DNA of 64,000 bases from Pelomyxa schiedti (Eukaryota; Protista; Evosea). The notes beneath the pieces are model-generated. The model saw nothing but the letters and a program-made list of their open reading frames with translations, was not told the DNA's origin and did not search any database. A program made the translations under genes and the position numbers. The DNA is taken from NCBI GenBank assembly GCA_020536535.1, contig JAHLWZ010000824.1, forward strand, positions 38,228 to 102,227, given 5' to 3'. Positions 12,450 through 24,646 of this stretch are shown piece by piece; positions within the stretch are counted from its first letter, which is position 1; each line of letters opens with the position of its first letter.

Positions 12450-14387
12450 ATGTCAGTTATGAAAGTGGTGTGGGTGTTGGCACTCGTGGGGTTTGTGTTG
12501 GGTGACAGTGGGTATTTTATGAGCAAGCAGGGCGATTCGTGCGCCCACACTTGTCACACTCTTGGTCTCAATTGCAATCCTGTGCGTGGTTTTTTTTTTT
12601 TTTTTTTTTTGAAACTCAAAATCATGAAAACAATATCCCCCCGCGGGGGACTTCTTCCTTGGCATTTATATGTAATGCAAAATGGTGCCTCTCGAATTCT
12701 CACTGACAATGATGCCATTCTCTGGCACAGCATATTGTGACAAACAACTCCACTGCATTGTTTCAGCAGCTTGGTGTATCGTGCAAGGCAGACAGCAGGC
12801 CTTGGTGGGCACACGATCAGCCCAATTACGTTGTGGAGCCAACAGATCCTAACTATCAAGACTGCCTTGGTATTTCTCAAAGCTCTCACTTTTGTTGCTT
12901 GGCATTTTTCCCCCAACTTAAATGGCGAATTAGGTTACACTGCTGTTCCTGGTGGTGTACTATGCGGTGCCTCTCACCCCGCTGTGCAGCGCCTGTGCCG
13001 TTGTGATGACCCTTCACCATCTGAGCAAACTTTTGGCTTTGGTCTTTCAAGTGGCTCTGTAACGTAGCTTATTCTCTCTCTGTTGTTGCCAACAACTTAC
13101 TCATCCCCAAGGACAACCGAGACAATTGTTTTTCAGCACTGGCTTGCGGAAGGGGATACAGTAACCAAGAAACCTGTATCGATCATTTTGTCTGACTTAT
13201 TGTAGGGCGCTATGACTCATTTTTGGATGACAATTCCAAATGGGTATGAGAACGGACTACTTGTGCGCTACTATGTCGATGGGGAGCTTGATGCTTCCAT
13301 AGAGTTTGAACCTCCTTTGGCTTGTGGTGTAGGTTTTGGAGATTCGGTGTGTATTCCATTCTGCATGACATTATTGTGACTCTGATTTGTTAAGCAAGCT
13401 CCTTGGGGCATTCATTGGTTTGGAAAGGGTGCAAACTCAGGAAGTTGGTTCAATAACTTCATTATTCCTTTCAAAAGCAGCATTGTTGTTACTGTGCAGC
13501 ACACTGTGGCCGATTATGTGCTTTTTTTTTCGGTTTTTGCCTCAGGCACTTAATTCCTTTTTTAGGGTGGATTCTACATGATTGTACGTGGTGCTACAAG
13601 TATTTCTTTTTTTTATCTTAGCAATGGCCACTTTGACCCCTTTCTCAGATGTCCCAATTCGCATTGGAAATTTGGTCCTCCCTTCCAGTTCCAAGTTGAC
13701 TCTGCACAAATTCTCAGGTTTAGACCACTACTGCCACTCGGATGGTAACGTCAATTTACAGCTGATGTGGCTCCTGTGACCTATGTTGACTTTGTGAACA
13801 TTGCCTCAGGCTCTGGTCTCCTATTCCTTCATACGATACAAGTTGACTCAGCTAACCTCAATTTTCTTGAGGGGTGCTACCACATGTACACTGGTGAGCA
13901 AGAGTTTCCAGGTATGCATCTCTCTGCCCCTACTGCTATTCTTTCTGAAACCAGACAGGTACCGTACTCTCCACTGGCACTGAGGACTACTACGGTACGC
14001 ATCTTAGAATTTTAGCAAGCCCGACCGATTCCATAACTAACTCCACCCAGATAGCGGTTGGTACTTTGATGCGGGCGAATTCCACATGCCTGTGTCTGGC
14101 TACACGCATTATAGCAACAATGACAACCGCATACAATGGTCCGCTTACAGGTTAGGAACCCCGAATCAAATCAAATCATTTTCTAATCCAAGAGTTCAAT
14201 TTCTACCTTGAACAGGCTCCATGAGATGGATCCACTGCAATTCGACGATGGGATGAGGTTCTCCTGGCGCAACGGAGATACTGTTGACGCTGCTGGCATC
14301 AAATGCATGATGGAAGAAGGTGGAACCATCATCGGAACACCTTCCACGTCTTCTATTGAAGCGTATACGTGGGTTTACACCTGGTAA
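12450..14387 (+). CDS. Secreted GH172/DUF2961-family glycoside hydrolase with an N-terminal Cys-rich module
   Basis: Signal peptide; MTHFW, RYYVDGE..ASIE, NFLEGC, STGTEDYY.SGWYF, WSAYR.HEMDPLQF and the YTWVYTW-stop terminus are typical of DUF2961. Confidence 0.8.
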
Positions 14388-14741
14388 GATGAATAAACAT
14401 TTCTAAACTTAGTCTTTCCTCTTTCGTCGAACAAGGTGCCAGTTCTCTCTGCTGTGGTAACCGTCGCGATCCGTTTGTTGAGCGGCAACAAACAGTGACG
14501 AGTTTGGCTGTCACACGGCCGAATGATGGGAAAAACGCCACCAGCACTGACAATTCGAAACTGAAGGGTGGACAACAGTCAAGCAATTGTTCCAACACCA
14601 AACCAACAAATCCCAAAACACCAATCAAAAGGTACAACCAACACAGAGCAAAGAAATAATTCGTTGCTTGTCATTAAACACTATTCTGTGCCAGTAAAAC
14701 CAAGGTGGATAGAGGTAGGCATAAGAGTACTCTGTGTGGCG

Positions 14742-14899
14742 GCTGTGGTTCTTCTGCTGGCTGGTGGGTTGCCTATTAATCGCGGTTAGAACTACATCAT
14801 AATGAGAATGCATATCTTGGATTCTCACGTGGGTCTGGTCTTTCTCTGCTGTGGTTCTTCTGCTGGCTGGTGGGTTGCCTATTAATCGTGGTTAGAACT
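14742..14899. repeat. 52-bp direct repeat (14742-14793 and 14848-14899), 1 mismatch
   Basis: gctgtggttcttctgctggctggtgggttgcctattaatcg[c/t]ggttagaact occurs twice, 106 bp apart. Confidence 0.9.
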
Positions 14900-15236
14900 G
14901 CGTACTCAAAAGTTGGAAAACGAGCTGGGTGTGTGGTACAGAAAAACAACAATAAAAAGAGGTGTGCCTGTGTGCTGAAACAACAATAAAAACCTAACAC
15001 CTGTTACGGGTGTGTAGGGTGTGTATTTGTAGATCTCGGTTATTGGGCATAACTTGGTACGTGTTCCTAGTTTTTTTTATGTTTTGACTGCTGTGTGGGT
15101 TTTTTGTAATTGGGAAGATCCCAGAGATCCCAGATCCCAGAGAAAATGGTGACGGTACATAATGGTGACGGTACTCTGTGGCGTTGCTCGACTATGCAAT
15201 GGGCTGACCAACATACCCTAGGAGGGTGTATGAGGT

Positions 15237-16739
15237 TCAAATCTGGCCTCGAATTTCTTTTTTTGTTTGATTTGTTCTTTTCGGAATGCCGGAATTGAGT
15301 TGTTTATGTGGTCTTGACAGTTTTAAGTTGGTTCTTGTCTCAACTACTTCAGGAAAAAATTCTACACAATTCCGTGGGTCTTTGGCGGGTCGATCAAGTG
15401 GCTGCGTGGTGTTTTCTGGTAGTGTTAGTGGCTGGTTGTGTGGTTGCAATTGATGATGGTGAGGGTGATGACTCGTGATTTGGAAGAGGGAACCCATCAA
15501 GAAATCAGAACACAACTTGAAGCCGCCGAGTTCTCCCTTTTTGGGGTCTACAAACCAAGTCTCCCACTCTTCCCTCTCCTGCCTGTCACCTTCATCATCA
15601 TAGTATCCAACGGTTTTGGCTGCATCAATCACGAAAAATCCATTGCAAAAGAAGGAGACCTTCATCGGAGACGTTGATGCTTGGAGGGGCAGAGTGTATG
15701 CTATTACAAGCGTCTGGCTTGAGTATGATTTGACTGTGTCTATTACCATCAAGTCCACTGTGGTCTCATCAAACGCTGAAACATATAAAATAATCTGATT
15801 TTGGTCTGGAGCATTGAAAAATGGACTCCACACTTGGTGGGTATGTGCAGAGTAGGGGAGGCTGATAAGACTGAGGTGTGCATCAGCACTTCTAGGCTGC
15901 AAGAACATCACAAATGGCTCATTGTAATCAGTTGCAACAGACAGAAAGCCCGCAAACCACTCCTTATTTACACACCAACCATAGCATCGGAACCGCATAT
16001 TAGACACAGCTTCTACTGGCCATATCTTCCTCTCTTGTGATACAGCGTGGCTCTGCCACAATTGCCACTCTCTCGCTGTGGTTTTTTCATAGACATAGCT
16101 CAGTTCATCTGCCCAGACGCCATCCTGGTGTTGTATTTGTATTGTTGGTGCAGTGATAGTTCCGTTTGTCTGTGGCGATACTGAAAATGAGACCCATATG
16201 TTTTCGTCTGGGTTGCAGAGTAAGGTTGAATTCGTGGACTGCAGCTGGAACTTTACTACTTGTACGTCAATGAGGTAATCATGCAGTAAACGGATAATGA
16301 TTGGGGCGTGAGGTGCCAGCCACGAGTGGCGTCCAAGAGATGTCAAGGCCTTTAGTTGGTTCTGCAAAGTGAGCAATACTTGGGGGTTATTGGCCAAGTC
16401 CATATACTCCGGTTCTGCTACTCGATATTTCCCGAACTGGGCATATGGGTCCTGGGATATTTGGTATTCCTTGTAAGCCTGTTCTGCACCCAGCCTAAGC
16501 ATGGAGCAATTGTATGCAGCCCATTCTTCAGGGGATTGGGGGTACCGTAGTTGCGGTTCGTCTTGCTGTTGTTGTTGCTGTTGCTGTTGTTGTTGTTGTT
16601 GTGGAGGTGGCGGCGGCGGGGGCGCCGCTTGCTCTGCGTGTGGCTGAGCTTGTGCCTGGGGTTGGGCGTTTGCACCCTCATCACCCCCAACATTGGCATC
16701 TGTCATATTGCGGTCAGGCTGTGGGTCGGTGCCGTCCAC
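15237..16739 (-). CDS. Intronless ~500-codon ORF with polyQ and an unknown beta-rich domain; probably the 3' part of a gene starting at 17425
   Basis: Uninterrupted ORF; the listed start is GTG and the frame stays open upstream to about 17060. Confidence 0.7.
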   Translation of the reverse strand: MDGTDPQPDRNMTDANVGGDEGANAQPQAQAQPHAEQAAPPPPPPPQQQQQQQQQQQQQDEPQLRYPQSPEEWAAYNCSMLRLGAEQAYKEYQISQDPYAQFGKYRVAEPEYMDLANNPQVLLTLQNQLKALTSLGRHSWLAPHAPIIIRLLHDYLIDVQVVKFQLQSTNSTLLCNPDENIWVSFSVSPQTNGTITAPTIQIQHQDGVWADELSYVYEKTTAREWQLWQSHAVSQERKIWPVEAVSNMRFRCYGWCVNKEWFAGFLSVATDYNEPFVMFLQPRSADAHLSLISLPYSAHTHQVWSPFFNAPDQNQIILYVSAFDETTVDLMVIDTVKSYSSQTLVIAYTLPLQASTSPMKVSFFCNGFFVIDAAKTVGYYDDEGDRQEREEWETWFVDPKKGELGGFKLCSDFLMGSLFQITSHHPHHHQLQPHNQPLTLPENTTQPLDRPAKDPRNCVEFFPEVVETRTNLKLSRPHKQLNSGIPKRTNQTKKEIRGQI

Positions 16740-16859
16740 GACATTGTGCGCTGCGGGGCGGGGAGCGGCGGGGATGTTGCTGGCTCTGTCGCGGGGCAGA
16801 CGCGGGGGCGGCGCCGGGCAGGGCCCAGGGCGGCCGGGGGAGGCTCGGGGCGGCGCCGC

Positions 16860-17425
16860 GGGGGGGGGGTGTAGCCACGGCGGCGTGTGTGGGCGGTCGG
16901 GGAGGGGTCTCGGTGGCGTGGGGCTTGGTCCCGCAGGTGCCTGCTCCGTGCAAGGGCTGCAGGGGTGGGGCGGAGGAGCACCCTGACGCCCCGGCCGATG
17001 TTGACGACGCCGATTTGTTCGAGGGCGTAGAAAGCCTCTTCGCTCGTGTTGAATCGCAACTTACAGTAGAATTGACCAGGAAAGGCTGGGGTCGGTCTAG
17101 GCTCGCTCACTGTGGCATGGATTCCCGCACGACCCAAATTCGACTCGATCTCGGCCGCTGAGATCCTGATGTGCCCCCTGATATAAAGCTCATTGCCGAG
17201 GTGCGCCGGTGACTGGAAAGGTATTGGACGTTTCAGTCAAAAAACGGCATAATGAATGAAAAATAAAAACAACCAACAAAAAACAAGTTTATCCACTGGG
17301 CGCACCAGTGCATTTCGTTTGATTTTGATGATAGTTCTCGTTTTTTGTTTGTGTGGCGGGTTTTTGACTGAAACGTCCAATACCCTCGTCGCCCCACAAT
17401 CCAGACCTTCCTTGCGTGAAAACAT
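16860..17425 (-). CDS. RRM-like N-terminal coding region interrupted by a MITE
   Basis: ATG at 17425 gives MFSRKEGLDCGATR; after the MITE the same frame reads NELYIRGH..AAEIESNL..FYCKLRFNTSEEAFYALEQ..VRVLL, an RRM-like secondary-structure pattern. Confidence 0.55.
17224..17380. mobile_element. MITE copy 1 (157 bp), Tc1/mariner-like non-autonomous element
   Basis: 20-bp perfect TIR ttggacgtttcagtcaaaaa/tttttgactgaaacgtccaa, TA on both sides, second copy at 29783. Confidence 0.92.
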
Positions 17426-17619
17426 GGCAATAATGATTTCACCCGGGTCACCAGATCTGTCAATGCAGGCAGAAAAATGGAATGGCGGAAAAACTGGCAG
17501 ATGGAAATGAAGAAAAATTGTAGCTTTTTTTGTTAACTGCGTTCTTTTCTTTAGTTTGGCTTGTTGTATACATGGAGAAGTTTATGATTTTGGGTTGGGC
17601 TAGATAGATAAGAGGTTCT

Positions 17620-20600
17620 TTAGGTGTGTTTGGTTGTGTTTTTCTTGACGAGTGCAATCCTCTTGCACTTGGGGCAGGTTACTGGTGTGAAGTTGTTTTT
17701 TTGTGCACAGGCGTTGTGGAAGAGAGTTCGGCACCGAGGACAACGCGTTGTTATTGACGTCTGAAAGGAGAAAATGGGGTCCCGGCTGTTGCAATACTCA
17801 CACAAGAAGCCTTTCCCTTGGCATGTCTGGGTTTGGGGGTGAGTGAGGTTGATAATTCATTGGTAAAAAAAGGAGGTAGTAAGCAGACCTCACAGTCGGT
17901 TGTTATGTGGGCCAAAATCCGCTGTGATACTTTAAATAATAACGGGAGTAAAGTCCTTTGTGTGGCAGCTATCAGGTCGTTGAGAGAGTACATCGTTTTA
18001 TTCTCGAGGAAGTGAATGTTTCCTTGGACAAATTCCAGTAGAATGTCTCTAGATGACCGTGAAATCATATCGTGTTGCAAAGAAATTCCTACCTGCTCTT
18101 GCAAGTGAAAACAAATTCACCCAACAGAACGAGCTGACTTCGGAGTTCCTGTATGATATTAGGTTTTTTCTGGGAATTGTAAAAATGTAGGGATACAATG
18201 ATTTGATCTATGTCAGCAATTGTTGTGAGAAGTTGTGGGTTGAGTGTGGCCACATCGAATATGGCGCTTTTTGCGTGAGTTGCAATGTGGTTCCTTGCAG
18301 TGGTGCTTACAGGATACCTATAATTATAATGGTGTTAGTGTTATTTGGAGTAAAGAGGCATACTGGGCACCATCCCACATATAAATTATGCGTGCTGGAA
18401 TGACACTCCGCTCGTTTGTGTGACATTTATTGCAAAAATACTTGCCTGTATAGTAACAATACCGAGAAAAGCTGAAAAATCCTAATGAGGCTGGTGGATA
18501 TGAAAATTTTTGAATAAGAAATGAACCAGCAGACACTTTGGTCTGGCAACCAGGGCAGATGATGGTGGGGTCAGTGTTGGAAGCTTTATTATGAACGATT
18601 AGGCTATATGGAAGACCATGAGTTTCAGCTTGTGTTTCCTGAGTTCAAGGGTAAAATAACACTGTCTCAGAATTAAAAACGGGCACATACCTCACTCTTC
18701 ATTTTTGGGTTGATTGGTGTTGGTGTAGGAATGGCCGCCGATGAAGTAGTTGTCACGGATTCGGAGGTATTCATTGGATGTATTTCACCGTAGGGAGTAG
18801 TATTGGATGGTGGGGGTTGATAGTCGCTGAACACCATATACGGGAGTACAGGGGAGACTTTCACGTCACCTCTGTGATTTTTTTTTGTGGGAAAGTAAAT
18901 TATCTGGAAATAGACAAAAGTGGCATTACATAATAGTTGCCGATGCTAGCACAAGTGTTGGAGGGGGTGCTGGTGCGGGTACGTCCTATGGCGAAATAAA
19001 ACAATACTTATGATATGCTCACAAACCTTGAGGGATATCGTGCGTTTCGGTGTGGCAATTTGTGCTTTGGTAGGAGTGGTAGTATTGGAAGTGTTTGCAG
19101 GAGGTTGAGTACGGAACAAAGACTGATCTTGAGTCTTTGAGTTGCCCTAGTGGATATTAAGTGCAAAATTTTAAAATGGAAAGTACCCAAGTTCCTCTTG
19201 TACTGAAAATCACTGTTCCAGAGTTGGCACCTGGAGATAATGGTCCAGGTGACAAACTTCGATTAATATGCGGTTTGGTTTGCTGTGCTACGGCTGTTGT
19301 GGATACAGATTTTTTTAATTGTGTATGCGTTTGAGGTGGTGAAGTAGGATGAAGGGGTGGAGGTGTTTCTGTGGGTTCAGTTGGTTCTGGAGGTGGAGGG
19401 GTTGCAGGAGGAGTCGGTGCTTCATCTTGAATCTGGGGTATGGGTTCCCCTTCCGCAGAAGAGATGGACTTTGTCTCAGTTGAGTCAACTGAGGGTTGGG
19501 TCTGTATTTCGGTGTTTAGTGGAATTGGTGGTCTTTCCCCTTCATTTCCATTAGTTGTGGATGTGGTGTTGGTAGCTGATTGCTCTGCCTGAGCTTCAAT
19601 TTCGGATATTTCAATGAACGGCACTGGAGAACATAGTGTTGGCAGAGGTTCCGATACTTGACCCGGGAGTGCGGGATCTAGAGGTTCTGTCTGGGGTTGC
19701 TGAACTGGTAGAAGAGATTTTGGGGGAGAGATGATAGGTGGGGATGGAGCTTTTTGTGAAGAGTCTTCTGCGTATCCGTAAAGGGGCTCTGAGCTTATCT
19801 CGACAACTCTCGTTTTTCCTGGTTTTCGAACTTTGTGTGAAGCTGCAATAGGCTGTGGCTTAAGAGGTGTAGGGGGAATATATTTCAGTTGCTCTACACT
19901 GATAAAAATGTTGGAGGAGAAATGGTATTTTAACTTTACATTCGTTGGCTAAGAGGCCCAATGCTCAGATTGAACTCTAAAGATTCAAGGCTCAATAGGA
20001 GTTGCAAAAAACTAAATACATTTTCTTCATTACGAAGGAAAGCGTAATCATAATACAGGCCACTGAGAGATATTAGAGTAATTTGACAATAAAATATGTA
20101 ACTGTAAATGGTCTTTATCTTGAATCAACAGTCTTATACACCCCGCAAGAGTGCGAGTATTAAGACCCTGCTTGACAAATAGAAAGGCTCGGTCAACGTC
20201 ATTTAAATCGGCGGCACGAATGTCGTACATCATCCTGTGGAGGGGTGATGGAATTGGCGTGGGGGGAATCAGGCGCTCGACTTTCTTGAGAAAATCCCAT
20301 GGCACAGCTATACCTAGTGAAGATCAGATGACTGCTGAAAGAAAACGCGTTCTTGTATAGATAATAATGAAGCAAGTACTTTTGAGACCATGTGTCAAAA
20401 TTGCGTCTATACTAGACAACAAAAGGGTTGTTGAAGGGTGAGTCTCGTCAATTGGTGTAACTTCAGCCTGCTGTATATGAAAGGATTAAACCTTCTGCGA
20501 TATATTGTGTGCTGTACCGCTGTCGCAATTTCGATTGCAGATGAAAGGTTATCAATCAACTGTGTGTATTGTGAAACAGCTTGTGATGCAACTGTTAAAA

Positions 20601-22070
20601 GTTATGCAAAAAAGAACAAATAGTAAAACATGCCTCCAACAACTGTTGCCAGATTGGATTTGGCAGAGGCTATGACTCCATCACTTTTATCTACAGCGAT
20701 CTGAAGCACTTTATTGATCTCTTCGTCTGTTGGCAGTTCCAGCATTGGAGACTCACACAACATGTGGTGTCTTGGAAGTGTTGGCAAAGGCTCCAGTGAC
20801 TGCGAGAATGGAGTGGTTCCCATCCAGTTGGTTGTTTGGCTCACTTTTTTTTTTGGAGTGTTGATGGGATGCGAAGTCTCATTGGAAGGTGTAACAAGTG
20901 GCTCCTGATCTCTGCCTTCGTCATTCCCACTGTGGTCTCCATGTTCAAATGTAACAGTGGAATTTACCTCCGTGACATCTGATCCCTCTACAGCACATTC
21001 CTCCCCATCCACCATCACAAAACCAGTGTTTGCAACAGTTGGACTGTGATTTGGAGACTGCATCAGATATGCATTTGCGTCCACAATAGCAGCCGTGATT
21101 TCATTTTCCTCTTGCTGGATCGGGTCGGAGTTCGTATTGGGTGGTGGTGGTGGCGGCGGTGGTAACTGCTCAACTTGCGTGATGGTTGGGCTGGTTGAAG
21201 GTTGTGGCAGCACTTTTGGCTTAGGTTGGATGATTGGTATATAAAGACGTCAAGGAAAGGTAGTAATTACAGTAAAGTAATGGGGTGAAAAATTATTAAG
21301 AGACACTGGTTTTTGTGGATACATTGTTGCGACTTCTACAGTTTCCCAGTAGTTTGCTTTATCTAAAGCAGGGTCCACAAGCGGAAGCTTAAATTGAGTT
21401 GTTTTCAGACTAGCTAAAAGATCCAGAACGATCGTGCAGTTTTCTTCAGATCTAAGATAATAAAGGGGAGGGAAAAAATCGCTTGTGTAACAAGAAACCT
21501 TAAAAGAGCTTGATCCGTGTAGAATTGCCTGAGTGCATTTCAGTCAAGAGGAAAGAAAGACAATGACCAACTTTGTTTGTTGGGCCCACACAAGAGCTTC
21601 AAGATTGTCCGATAGGTTCCCTTCATTTAAGGAAGCGCGCAGGAATAGTCTTAGTCTTCCTAACAGTTGTGTCCGTAAAAAGTGATAGATGGATGAACTA
21701 TTGACCCTGAGGTGTCTTTGCAGTTGCCTTGATTTCAGTCATCATTTTGGCACAACCAGGAGCACAGTCTGTGATACGCTCCACAAAATCAAATGGCGTG
21801 ACTTTGAAGAAGTTTGTTCGTTCTGGAGAAGAATAAGGGGGCAAGGATTTATATTGTAATTTAACCTTTCAATCCATGAGAAATGACACATTCCAAGGTA
21901 TTTAGTAAAGTATTTAGTGGAGGAGACAAGTCAGTGACAACAGCTATTCCCCCATTTGATTGATTGTCAGCGTGCCTCAAAAATATGCTCACGTGCTCCT
22001 TCACAGCAACAACTAACTCCGAAACGGCTTTATTGTTGATTGTTGTTTGAATTGAGGTGAGAACCAACAC
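17620..22070 (-). CDS. RUN-RUN-Rubicon-homology (PLEKHM1/Rubicon/DEF8-like) protein; start codon not resolved
   Basis: Two RUN-like blocks (LECVISHGLK..LRLFLRASLNE and IDAILTHGLK..PWDFLKK..AFLFVKQGLN); RH zinc motifs YCYYTGKYFCNKCH, IPARIIYMWD and CEYC..CPRC..FHNAC..CPKC. Confidence 0.85.
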
Positions 22071-22349
22071 ACACAGGGAAAAAAGTCAAAGTGGGGTACG
22101 CCGTGGGTGCTTATTTATGCACGAATGGTTTGGTTTTAATTCGATAAGATCTTGTTTGTTCTTGTTCGTGGAGGCAGGGAAGTACTGCTGTTCGCCGTGA
22201 TCATCGTCCTCGTGGTTTTTTTTTCCTTCTTTTTCCTTGCTGTTGTTCTTCCAAAAGGGTTTTCAGATCCCACCCTTCTGAGAAGGTGACCCGCAAAACG
22301 CACACAAACGGAACACCAAACCAACAAACAAAAAAACTGATCAAAAGTG

Positions 22350-24563
22350 ATGGGAGACACAGGCTCGTCTTCGTCTTCATCTTCAACTTCGACTGCTGCG
22401 GCGTCGGTCCCTGCGACGCCTGCGACGTCCTCGTCGGTGGCCGACGTGTTGGAGTCGGCGCGGAGGGGGTTCAACCCGAGGTCGGCGTTCGCGAATATTC
22501 CCAAGAGGGCCGTGATGGTGCCCCCGGTGCCAAAGGGCGTGAAGCAGATCAAGAAATGCATGTCGAATGATGTTGTAGTTTTATCTGACTGCGATGGCGC
22601 CCAATTCCACATTATGCACAATCAGGTTTTTTTTTTTTTCCCCTCTCCCTTCTTCATCTTCTACCTGGGCTCCTTTCTATTGTGGGATGGAACCTTATAT
22701 TGCAGAGGTTATCTATGATCATGTGCTGTGGATTGAGGAACTGCAAAGTTGTGGTTCTTGATAGCGCCGTCGTGGCATCGAGAACTTGTAGAATTGTAAT
22801 GTGTGACAACTGCGAATTTGTATTTGAGGATGTGGATGTGAGAAAGGTTGTGCTTCTCTCACCCTTCTCCAAGTCACTATTTTGTAGGTAGAATGTTTTA
22901 AAACAACAAATTGTCGCGTTGTTTTCATTGGTGATGAAGCTGTGCTTGAAAATGCACGTGTACTATGGCGCGAAGCTTGCACAGGAAACACGGTGACTCG
23001 TGGAGAAATTGTAAATGATGAAGGATCCCCATACCTCGAGGTACAGTCACAATACACAAGCACTTATCATAACTTCCATTCTACTACCCTAGTATCGACC
23101 TCTCTACTCCGTTCCTGCCACTGATACTTCTGCTACAAAACATTACTGTACTACCCTGAACCCAGTCCAGTTCTTCCACAATGTAAAGACAGCAGCCATT
23201 TTGCCAGGTATTTTACAACTACCAATATATGTTCAAACACAAAGGGAGGTTCCGAGTCACTTCAAGTTACAACTGATGGCGTCTCTATTTGTACTGCATT
23301 ATTTCCCTTCACACTACCTACACTCCCTGGCGACGAATTACTTAATTCTGCAAAATCAATCCCCAGTTCCACTGATGTTATGTCTGTACGCTTCACACAA
23401 CACAACATACGATAATTAATAGGCAAGTAAAAAGGCTCTTGCAGCTCTTCAGGGCACACCTTTTCCTCTGTCTGAGGCTGATCTCACTGCTGCTTACGAT
23501 CTTGAAAGAGTGGAATATGAAGATCCTGAGCCAGTTCTTATCGAAAAGGCATCATTTCTCCATTTGATTCCTCATGGTCACACTCTTTAGGTTAAGGAAA
23601 TTGCTGCTATTATCAAGACAGCCAAGCATGTGGTAGTATATACTGGTGCAGGAATCAGTACCTCGAGTGGGATACCAGACTTCCGCGGACCTCAAGTCAG
23701 TAGATGTACGTGCTCATTCCCCGCACCTATTTGGTAAATTAGGGTTGCTGGACAATGCGCGATAAAGGCAAGCGCGCTGGTGGAAAGAGTTTGACTGGCG
23801 CGACTCCTACACTAGCTCATTATGCCTTGACGGAACTTGCGCGCCGCTTGATGGTTCATTTTATTGTAACGACCAACATGGATGGTAGGCACCCACCACT
23901 AAAATGGGATGTTTAACGCTGCGCAGCCCTCCACCTACGGAGTGGATTTCCTCCCAATCTGTTAGTTGAGATGCATGGTTGTTCTCACAAGGAGTTTTGT
24001 GAAGGGTGCCACCAATTTTACATGCGTTCGTTCAATGTAAACTCCCACAGGATGGACCACATAACTGGTTTCCTTGTCATCTCTATTATTTATTTTAACA
24101 TTATGTGGAATGCAGAACGGAAATGCAAATTCTGTGGAAGCAACTTACTGGACACAATAGTCAATTTTTCGTAAACCGCTATCCATACAATCAATATGCA
24201 AACAAATGAAAAAGAGACACCTACCGTACGCCCCTCGATCCCATCACAGCATTGCTTCACGCCAGGAAAGCTGACGTGGCAATTGTAATGGGCACATCAA
24301 TGAATGTACAAGGAGCAGCCAGTTACCCTGACAAAGCTCTGCAAAAAACGAATGGAAAGCTTATAATTATCAACCTTCAGGTTACTCCTCACCCACACAC
24401 AATCACACCAGAATCTCACTTCACACAGAATACACCCTATGACCACGTGGCTTCTGTCCGTGTATTTGCTCGTACGGACCGCTTCATGCAGTACCTCATG
24501 TCGCAACTGGGAATCACTGAATTTGATATGACCACTGATGTTGTATCTACTTGGTCTCACTAA
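22350..24563 (+). CDS. Class IV (SIRT6/7-like) sirtuin with an N-terminal CAP-C/TBCC-like beta-helix
   Basis: [51 protein letters not shown] and IINLQ; the N-terminal region has LSDC/LRNCKV/CDNCEF repeats. Confidence 0.9.
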
Positions 24564-24646
24564 AGTGGCCATCCGATCTCTCTTATCCCGATTTTTAAAA
24601 TCATGTGAATTCCTTTTTGAATATTTTTTTCGGCTTTCGTAAATTG

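Noticed and set aside
14742-14899. CRISPR-like repeat-spacer-repeat
   Set aside because: Only two units, 52 bp long, in a eukaryotic context with no cas genes
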